DNA of 64,000 nucleotides, taken from NCBI RefSeq assembly GCF_006345805.1, contig NC_043003.1, positions 23,622,001 through 23,686,000 of the forward strand, in the 5' to 3' direction. Below, in pieces: positions 54,157 to 64,000 of this stretch. The notes beneath the pieces were generated by a model, which was not told the origin of the DNA, did no database searches, and saw nothing but the letters and a program-made list of their open reading frames with translations. This stretch comes from Octopus sinensis. Its lineage: Eukaryota. Both the position numbers and the translations under genes were made by a program. How positions within the stretch are numbered: the first letter of the stretch is position 1; each line of letters begins with the position of its first letter.

Positions 54157-54400
54157 TTTTACTTGTTTCAGACATGTGACGGCGGTCATGCTGTAGCACG
54201 CCCGTTGGTCGAACAGACCGACTACAAGATTTATTATTTGTAAGCCAGGTGCTTACTGTATCATTGTCTTTTGCAGAACCGCTAGATTGTGAGAACGTAA
54301 ACACAGAAACATCGGTTGTCAAACAATAGTAGGAGTACAAACACACAGGCACACACACATATATACACACACACACGTACACACACACACACACACACAC
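54157..54400 (-). mobile_element. SINE family B, diverged 3' half
   Basis: TTACTTGTTTCAG..CATGCTGTAGCACGCC..GCAGAACCGCTAG..ACATCGGTTGTCAA. Confidence 0.78.
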
Positions 54401-56278
54401 ATACACACACACATACATATATATATATTTATATATTTGTATGATTGTGTATAGAAGAATATATCACTCAGCGAAATTTCAACTTATTCTGATGTTCACG
54501 TTTTATTATGTGCAATTTTTACAATTTTACAGTATTAAAATAAACTACATCCACACATTATGCAATCGTGTTTATTCCTTGACAACCGTGTCTCATAATT
54601 GACAACTGTAATGGAATCGTTGGATTTATCGTTTAAAAACCCTGCGATCGGCTCCAGACGCTCAATTTATAACCTGTATATTGGCCAGTCAGCATGTGGT
54701 TTAGATATAACGGAGCGGAGAGCACGCCAACTAAATTTTAACTTCATTTTGATCAATCAGTATGTGGGTTATGCGTCACAGTCTTTACTTTGACCGAGCC
54801 TAATTAATAGTAAAAGTGAAAGGAGGGTGTTAGTACTTTTGACCAAATGAACACAGACACGATTAAAATGTAAAAAAATATTCTGAAGGAGCAATAGAAT
54901 TCAATGAAAAGAAGAACGACCTTTACAAAAATTCAAAATATAGTCAATTATTCCTTTAGGTGCGGTCAAAATAAAGAGTCCTTAACGTGCCCAGCATACT
55001 GATGTCTAAGTCACATGCAGATTGGTCAAAATACAGCTAGTAAGTTTCAACAGGCTTCAGCCCATCGGAGGGTATTTAAAGGTTAAATGCAACAGTTTCG
55101 TTACAGGTGTCCATTGTGGGATGTGACTATCACTATATAAAACACATGAATTTGTAACGCATGAAAGTTATAGTTTATTTCAATATTATAAAACTGCAAA
55201 AATGCAAATAATGAAACGTGAATATCGGACTAAGCTGGAGTTTTAATGATTAATATATATACGCACCCACGCACACACACACATACACACATATACACAC
55301 ATGCACACACATATATATCACCATTCCATAGGAAAACCGTTGTACTTGACTGGCAATTTTTGATACCTTCGCCTCTAGAGTGGCTGGAGATACGATAGTT
55401 TGACCAAAACAAATGGGTATTGCAAGCGAAAATAAATATTGAAAATACAGCGCATTTGGCCAGATTTGGACATACGACAGTTTAACATAATACGAGCGAT
55501 AAATAAATAAATAAATAAATATACATATATATATATATACCTTTTAAGCCAACATGCCAACATCAGGATCAGAAACCATACCTCGATATGACATAAATAA
55601 TAATTATAAAACTATAAGTTTTTCTCATTACCATTAATAACAGAAGTTCATACTCATCGATATTACCATCTGTGCCAAGAGTTGCGTTCAAGGAATAATA
55701 ATATCTTGGCTTATGGCTTCTTATTGAATTAATTTCTTCACGCCTTGAAACCAATAAATATAGTATACTAAATCCAATTACAGCCGAATATTCGACCTTA
55801 CGTTAGTTTTCTCTCGTAACTGTGACGTTCCAAAATTTGCTTTAATTATTGGTATATTTCCAAAGTTTTCTTGTTTGGTCATCTACCAAACAATGGGGGA
55901 AAATATTTAATATATTGATAAATTCAGGTGAACACATGCATACATATGAGCTATAACGAAAGATACCGAGGAAAAGACACATTTTACGTTAAAACCAAAT
56001 GGAAATTATGTTTAGTTAGTCTGTCATATTATTGATAAATCACAAGCGATTAACAAAAAGTATTTTAATTTTGGAATATGTTAATATTAATGTTTTTCAT
56101 TTATAGATGAATGTTTACACTACAAACGAATTCGTGTTTGGTTGTGTTATGCGTGTGTGTATGTGTGTGCACCTGTGTGCCTGTGTTTTTGTATATTCTT
56201 GAATGTATAATGTAATAGATAATTGTGAATTTATGTTTATTAATGGATGTTTAATCATTATAACATGTAACAATACGG

Positions 56279-56311
<33 letters not shown>

Positions 56312-56312
<1 letters not shown>

Positions 56313-56667
56313 TCTTTTTACTCTCTCTTTTACTCTCTTTTACTTGTTTCAGTCATTTGACTGCGGCCATGCTGGAGCACCGCCTTTTAATCGAGCAACT
56401 CGACCCCGGGACTTATTCTTTTGTAAGCCCAGTACTTATTCTATCGGTCCCTTTTGCCGAACCGCTAAGTAACGGGGACATAAACACACCAGCATCGGTT
56501 GTCAAGCAGACACACAAACACACACACACACATACATATATACGACGGGCTTCTTTCAGTTTCCGAGGCTATAGTAGAAGACACTTGCCCAAGGTGCCAC
56601 GCAGTGGGACTGAACCCGGGACCATGTGGCTGGTAGACAAGCTACTTACCACACAGCCACTCCTGCG

Positions 56668-56670
<3 letters not shown>
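56312..56670 (-). mobile_element. SINE family B with internal deletions
   Basis: Tail (CTCTTTTA)n, 3' half, CORE-like ACACTTGCCCAAGGTGCCAC and head; flanked by (TA)n on both sides. Confidence 0.9.
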
Positions 56671-56748
<78 letters not shown>

Positions 56749-57239
56749 TGTATCTATGTATAACAACACAGGAGAGTAGTGAGAAATTATTGTTATTAGT
56801 TTAACGCTCAGATTTTTGGAAATATTGAAGACCTATACGTACAAATAGGATGCGGCGCCATTTTGCGATTGTGCTCTTCTTTACTTAATGTATTTCTGTT
56901 CCTATTCCTCGCTATCTTCTCTTATTGTACTTCAGTCATTACGACGATTTCAAATACCACCTGATAATCAGTTTACGTCATGTTACAATTCTACCTTATC
57001 TTTTAAAATAATTAGCATTTTATGATTACCAAGTACCGGGTCATATTTAGGGCGTTGATATATCTTAGATTATTTACGGCCCTTGCATTCCTACCGTAAC
57101 GAACACAGACTTTCTGAATTGTTGAGGGAATATGTGTTTGTACAATTATAGTTGAAGGAATATATGTTTGTACTATCATATTTAAAAAAAAATTCGTGAA
57201 CACTTCAAAGAGGAAAGACCATTTACTGTGGAAGTAGTT

Positions 57240-57891
57240 TTTGTTTAAGCTGTTGAATGCAGCCATAATTTTTGCCTTCAGTTCATCTTTGGTGTTACAA
57301 GGAGTTGTGTTTGTCTCTCGCTCAACTGCGCCCCATACATAATAATCAAGGGGTTGCAATCTGAGGAGTTAGGTGGCTACATGTTAGCGGTGATGTGGTC
57401 GCAGAAACTGTGTGACAGCTCTGACTGGGTTCTGCTTGTGTGACATGGTGCAAAGTCGTGTTGTCAGATATAGGGTATTCCAGTAGCCACCCTCTTGACA
57501 AAAGACAGCACTACCTTCTGCAGGCCTTTGATGTAGGTCTCCGTGTTGAGTCTGAGGCCATGTGGGAAGATAAATGAAGGCATAACGTCGCCATCACTAG
57601 TGATCACTACAAACATTCTGATGTTGACAGAATCTTTGATTTTTATCCCTCTCAGCTTGACACCCAAACACTATGAAGTGTTCGTATGGGAGCTTCCGAC
57701 GTGAATACCAAGCAGTACAGTAGGTCGTTTCCAAACTTCTGGCAAAGTAGATTGCTTCATGGTGCTGTTTTTCTCACACACGATGTCCCAACGGAACCTA
57801 TCTTAATGTGTATTCAACAAAATAAAAACAAACACTGCACATGTGTGAAATTTAAAATATAAAATGCCAAGAAGTTATCCATAGCAACCTG
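57240..57891 (-). mobile_element. Tc1/mariner DD37D (maT-like) deletion derivative
   Basis: TA|CAGG terminus; VITSDGDVMPSFIFPHGLRLNTETYIK, PYI*QHDFAPCHTSR, M*PPNSSDCNPLDYYVWGAVERETNTTPCNTKDELKA. The second-to-third Asp spacing is 36 in this decayed copy. Confidence 0.85.
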
Positions 57892-59196
57892 TACATGCAC
57901 ATATAAGTGAATGTGTGTGTGTGTGTGTGTGTCTGTGTGTATGGATAGCTATATAAATGCGTATTTCTATACACACATGTGTTTCTTTATTATATATTAC
58001 TTATACACGCACGTTTCTGTACATACATACATTTCTATGTTATATATTACACACCTCTGCACGCGCGCATTAACATGTATTTAAAATACCGTCCATTGTT
58101 AAAATATCGTCCTTTGTGTAACACCGTAGAACATTCTGCATATATATGGTTTCAGAAATGCGAAATATGATATTAAAGTGGACTGAGCAAAACTTTCAAA
58201 AAGAAAACGTCATATTTCCTTCATTTATGCGAAAAATATCTAAAACATACGAAAGGAAATAACGGCATAATCATAATGGTTGAATTGGATTTCTCCCGAA
58301 GCATTTACTTTGCTGGATTATGAAAACGGAAGTACTACAGAATGAATGTAAGCAGAATTACAATAGATAAGTATACATATAAATGCAAGAGCGTACTTCT
58401 GACATTTTTATGTAGTTTATGCTTCGTAGTTTACGTCTACTTGAAATAATTCTCTTTCATAATGTTAAATGATACTTTCATGAATCTGGATATAATATAA
58501 TGTTTTATACATATATACATATATATGTGCTTGTGTGTATACATACATGCATACGTGTATATATACACATATGCCCAGGTACACACTTACACACTTATAG
58601 ATACGTTGATTGAATTTGTTTCACAGTAAGTGTACTTATGTAGAATTTCAGAACTCCATGTGAGAAACAAATTTTGTATTTTTTTTATTTTCAGGTGTCA
58701 TTATATATATATATATTTATATTTTCAAGATATTTCTCCCTTATGCATTAAAATTCATCTAAAGAGACATTTCTGGTGTCTCAACCGATTGTTGATACCC
58801 TTCATGTATAAATGTATATATATATATTGCAATGAGAAATGCGGGCTCATGCATGTTAATATCCTTAAGTTATTACACCTGGAAAAGTACAGAACAAGAT
58901 GTCTACAATAGAATTTGCCGAATTTGTCACCTCTAAAGAAACAAAAAAATACTTTAAATTAAAATTCTTACTTAAAATATTGCATCCGAGAATAACATTA
59001 ATAAGATTTACTATACTTTATTAAAATAAAAATTATAAAAATATCACTGGAGTTTTCCGAAAATAAGCCCATTCGATTTTAAGACTAGTCTAGCCGCAGT
59101 TATTTTTATTATTTTCAGAACGCGGCAAAGAAGAATGTGCTAACATTCATTATGAAAAGTAACTTTTTGTATAATCATGAATATTAATATAATAAT

Positions 59197-59229
<33 letters not shown>

Positions 59230-59232
<3 letters not shown>

Positions 59233-59623
59233 ATATAAAGCTGAAGTTGTCTGTGTATGGCAGGTTTGTTCTGTGTATGGCCTTCAACTAACACTATCTC
59301 CTCCGAGACCATGTGGCGCAAGTTGACCAAACTTGAGAGTATGATAGAAGAATGCTTGCTCTTCCTTCCGTAGAAGAAAAACGTCAAATCGGAACATGTT
59401 AACACCAAAAATTATTAACATCAAAAAGGTGTTTTTTTTCTATTACAATCCCTATTGTTTACGATTTTTTTACTGCTGTGTCGCCATTTGTCGGTGTATT
59501 TCAACCAGAAAAATGTTCACTTAAAGAGAATAACAAGCTACACAATGCAAACCTTTTACTTTTCAAAAATTCAAATTCTAAAGGGTCGAAACAAACCCGA
59601 TCAACGCCGGGTGATACAGCTAG
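59230..59623 (+). mobile_element. Non-autonomous Helitron-like element
   Basis: The 5' end emerges from (TA)n (ATATAAAGCTGAAGTTG). A 3' hairpin CCCG-ATCAACGC-CGGG (59596-59611) is followed by CTAG|T at 59620-59623. Confidence 0.7.
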
Positions 59624-60476
59624 TTTTATTATAAAATCAAGAAGTATATGTGCTATATCTATATATAGTAAGAAAAGCTAACAAGATGTATGAGAGTATA
59701 TCAACTTCATACTAAAAAGAGAATCTGTTCATATGAATAGTAAAGCAATGGCTAATATAACATTTAAAAAAAATGCAAATATAGCCTATGCATCCACGTT
59801 AAGTTAGGAGGAGCCACCTGTCCTTGTCATTGCAAAGTTAGTTTATTAATCGAAATTCATGAAAACAATAATAATTCCTACACTTCAGCTAGTGTTCTTG
59901 TTAACTTGCTTGAAATTAAAAATCTGAATTCTGCTACTCTGAACATTCAATCATACGTTCTGAAAGCTAAAACCATGACATTTCACCTTAAGAAATAATA
60001 ATTTAAATTATGCTACGCTAAATATTGAATTAAAGTTTAAAAGCAAACAAAACACTTATTAAAATTTCAGAAGTTTTTACAGTTTTGGGCGTCGTAATGC
60101 TTTGGTTCTGATTGTTTTATAATAATTCCTCCTCGTGTAAGGATTTTGCTTTCATTTTGTGATAGACAACAATGATGCAAAAATGCCAGCTTCTAAATCC
60201 TGTTTTCAGATTAAGTGTAAAGGATTATTAAACTTTAAACCACAGTAACATTTTTCTGCAAGAAGTACATATGTATGTATATGTATGTGTGTGTGGATGT
60301 GAGTGAATGTGTGTTGCTTGGGTGTTTATTTACAATGGACAGCAGAAAAGAGGCCAGCTGACATAAGTTTTTGTCAGCTTACCCCCTCTCTTCTTAAAGC
60401 TACATATTCATCACACTCACCTTTGTTTCTGTTCATAGGCGTTTTAAAAGTTACTGTGTTTGTTTGTTTGTTTGTT

Positions 60477-60523
<47 letters not shown>

Positions 60524-60904
60524 TTAAGAAAGTATGTATGCAGCGTCGCGTGTATATCCTTGAAATCGATTTCAGGCGTTATTTTCCCATTTTTGACTTT
60601 ACATTTTTGAAATCTCAAATTGTTTTCTACTTAACCAAATTAAAAATAAATTGTAGTTCAAAACGTAGCTTAGGAGCTGATCAATCTAAAAATGTATAGA
60701 CATCATCAAATTTGGTATTAAAAAATCTGAATCAGTGACAAGTCGTAGAAGTAATAGCAAGTGAATTAATGCTGACCTTTAAGAATATTATTCACACACG
60801 GTAGTATGTGAATGATATTTATTACAATAAAGTGTATTCTATGAATATGAGGTAGATTTTTGCAAGATACCTAAATACTGAATTGATCATACATTTTGCA
60901 ATAT

Positions 60905-61107
60905 TGGTTCTCAGTTTTGGCATAAGGTCGTCAAATCTGGAGAGGAGGGAAGTTGATTGCACCAACCGAAGTGCTCAGCTGATACTCATTTTATCTAGTA
61001 CCGAAAGGATAAAAGATAAAGACGACCTCGGTGGAATTTGAACTCAGAATGAAAAGACAGACGAAATTTCAACCAGCGTGTTAAGAACTCTGCCAGTTCG
61101 TCGTCTT
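60905..61107 (-). mobile_element. SINE family A, diverged monomer
   Basis: CCGAAAGGATAAAAG..GGAATTTGAACTCAGAA..CTGCCAGTTCG. Confidence 0.78.
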
Positions 61108-61739
61108 GGTACTGTAATAAGTAATAATATTGCTTGATAATTCTTTTACGTACTTTTGGCCCACGTAGCATCTATATATAGTAACTCGTTTCATTTTGAA
61201 TATTTTTTCAAAAGATTAGCACCACGACACACGTCTTGATGAGTTCTATCATAGGAGCTAAACAATAACAAAATCTTTACACCCAAACAAAATATATAGC
61301 TTTTGAATTTGCTTTTAGGCGTTACGTTATTTTCGATACAGTTGGTCCCTGTAGTTTTCATTTATTATTTTTTATATAATTACCATCATGGGATTCCTGT
61401 ACTCGAGGTCTATCAGAAAAGAGAAATTTAAATATAGTTTTTTTCTTTAATCAAAGTCGATTTCAGGCGTTAATCTCCATTCTTGTTTTTCACTGTTTTT
61501 TTTTACCTCAGTACTTTTTCTACTGAATATTTTTGCATATAAATAACATGGATGGGTTCGTGTCATCGAATCTATAAAAATAGATTTATTTAAAAAATAA
61601 ACAAATATTTGTACTCAAAGTCGATTTCAAACCCCATTTTCCCGTTTGTGACTTCACATATCTGACTTGAACTTTTTTCTACTGAATCAATTTTCAAATG
61701 TTGCTCGAAAGGTAGCTTATGATGTGGCCAATCTTAAAA

Positions 61740-61781
<42 letters not shown>

Positions 61782-61784
<3 letters not shown>

Positions 61785-61940
61785 GACTTCTTTCATTTTC
61801 CGTCTGCCAAATACACTCACAAGGTTGGTCGGCCCGAGGCTATGGTAGAAGACACTTGCCCAAGGTGCCACGCAGTGGGACTGAACCCAAAACCATGTGG
61901 AAGAAAGTAAGCTACTTACCACACAACCACTCCTGCGCCT
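61782..61940 (-). mobile_element. SINE family B, 5' half
   Basis: Head and CORE-like GACACTTGCCCAAGGTGCCAC; ends in (TA)n. Confidence 0.88.
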
Positions 61941-61947
61941 ATATATA

Positions 61948-62436
61948 TATTGGGATCGCCTTAAAGCCTTGAAACTCTACTCTCTCCAGCGTCGCTGTGA
62001 GTGGTACATCATTTGTACGATATGGAGAATATACCGCCAACTTTGTCCAAACGACCTGAACATTAGCTTCAAGGTTCATCCAAGACTGGGACCACAGGCC
62101 ATACGTCCCCTGCCCAATTCAAGATCACAGTATTCTTGTACACTGCAACATAATTTCTTTTCCTCAACAGGCCCTGCCCTATTTAACATTGTCCCGAAAG
62201 AGATGAAAGAGGAAAAGGATCCCATCAACTTTAAACGGAGTCTGGATAGATTCCTTCAAGGAATACCAGATAAGCCACCCATAATTGGATACAACTCGCC
62301 CAACAAAAACTCACTTCTTGAATGGAACATTAACAAAACTTGACTTAAACAGGATTCAAATAATCATATCAGGCGTTGATATTAAGTTTGACATGGCCTG
62401 GTCCAATCATTGGTCGAAACATATCTAAGTTTCTAA

Positions 62437-62440
<4 letters not shown>
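61948..62440 (+). mobile_element. 5'-truncated CR1-group LINE 3' end (C-terminus of ORF2, 3'UTR, short tandem tail)
   Basis: YWDRLKALKLYSLQRR..GPALFNIVPKEMK..FKRSLDRFLQGIPDKP..NSLLEW stop at 62343; tail CTAAGTTT x2. Confidence 0.82.
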
Positions 62441-62474
<34 letters not shown>

Positions 62475-62544
62475 TATATTTTTGTTAATAACTTACAATA
62501 GCTTGCTTGTGTAAAAGAAACGTGACGGCAAAATTATTAATTAA

Positions 62545-62759
62545 TTGTAGCACCAGCATGCGGAAAATAGTAGTCAGAAAGGCTCAAAACGACAGTTTTC
62601 ACTTGTACACAATTGCAAAATCGTGTTGTCAGATATAGGGTGTTCCAGTACTGGGTTCTTACAATTTTGCTGCTCGTTCCCTCGATTTCGGCAGTGTACA
62701 AGTGAAAATTGTGGTTTTGAATCGTTTTGACTGTTATTTATAGCATGCTGGTACTACAA
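62545..62759. mobile_element. MITE-like element with about 66-bp diverged terminal inverted repeats
   Basis: TTGTAGCACCAGCATGC..TTTCACTTGTACAC versus GTGTACAAGTGAAA..GCATGCTGGTACTACAA, about 80% identity, no indels. Confidence 0.75.
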
Positions 62760-63024
62760 GTAGTACCCTTCCTTATTAATATATAAGCGTGTGTGTGCGC
62801 GCATGTGTGTTTTGCTATGGGTGTGCATGTGTGCATGTGTGGGAGTGTGGCTATGCCTGTGTGGGGCGTTGGGGATGAGTGTTTGTGCATTTATGTGAGT
62901 GTGCGTGTACATATCCGTATTCTTATTCATTCATGTGTAGGAAGATAATCTATTTTTTTCTAATTACTTATTCAATTATCTCTCAATCTATAATAATCTG
63001 TCTCTGGTACATATGCGTGTGTAT

Positions 63025-63085
<61 letters not shown>

Positions 63086-63111
63086 CAAATAAATGAAGAT
63101 ATATATGTATA

Positions 63112-63190
<79 letters not shown>

Positions 63191-63953
63191 TATATATATT
63201 ATATATATATATATGTATGTATGTATATGTATGTATATGTGTATGATACACACAGATGCACATATCTACCTATACATATGTTATATATATATATGTTTAT
63301 ATAATAGATTAACTTAATCGATATAGTAAGAATCTATATTAATATATTTTGCTAGATAGACTGGGAGAGTGTGAAGTAGAAAAAGAAAGAAAATCAAGAA
63401 GAACATAGAAATATTAACGTAAAATTTTTCCACTAGACAAAAGTTTGATTAAGGAACGCTAATTAAGCATATACCGCTACGTATTAAGGCTGCCAGTCAA
63501 GTTGTTTAATCAATTTCCCTTTTCCTCCACAAGCAGTTAATTACCTCATTGTTTATCTACATGATTTTCTTTCGTAATATTATTAATAATATTATCAGTA
63601 TGTCTTATATAAAGACGAATCTTATATGATCTCCAAGAAATATAAAGCGATGCCACTGGACAATTTCCAAAATAATCGGAAAAGATAATTGCGTATTCAC
63701 TGGTGGAGTTTCCAGTGTTCAAAATTAGGTAGGTAGGTAACTGCTTTATTACGTTTTAAGAATATATTTCCTAAAGAATTTCAGTATCTGTTACCTTTCC
63801 CATCGCATTGCATATATAGTATATTTGTCACATGTAATCATCATTGATAGACACTTATATTCACGTGTTGTCAATTCATATATAATTCTCCTTGTTATGC
63901 ATGTACATATATATGAAGGTATACATATGTATACATATATATATATATATATA

Positions 63954-64000
63954 CTAGCATTAAAGACCCGTCGTTGCCGGGTCATAGTGCATGTATATAT
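63954..64000 (-). mobile_element. Helitron-like 3' end
   Basis: The minus strand reads GACCCG-GCAACGA-CGGGTC (hairpin), then TTTAATG-CTAG|T, adjoining (TA)n. Confidence 0.65.

Noticed and set aside
59119-59158. Possible 40-nt micro-exon (TTTTCAG|AAC..AAA|GTAACT)
   Set aside because: Splice-like signals are common in AT-rich DNA, and there are no partner exons or recognisable peptide.

Overview
AT-rich eukaryotic, non-genic window dominated by microsatellites and transposable elements. The repeat content points to an invertebrate, most likely an octopus; this is inference from repeat recognition, not a search. I found no intact host gene, tRNA, rRNA or CRISPR array, and almost all listed ORFs are microsatellite read-throughs. 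Supported elements: three tRNA-derived SINE families (A, often multimeric; B, CORE-like with an internal microsatellite; C), the 3' end of an R4/Dong-type RLE LINE abutting (TAA)n, a CR1-group 3' end, a Penelope-like (PLE) GIY-YIG relic, five Tc1/mariner relics (two copies of one deleted mariner, one irritans-like, two DD37D/maT), non-autonomous Helitron ends and a MITE. The main signal is at least 7 loci, from several unrelated sequence families, with type I hammerhead-ribozyme (HHR) motifs not visible in the ORF track. Most lie about 110-210 nt upstream of a (TA)n array, several sit in inverted or tandem duplications, and one lies directly behind the PLE endonuclease. I interpret them as a set of (TA)n-associated, HHR-bearing PLE terminal repeats or retrozyme-like elements. 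All folds and alignments were done by eye.
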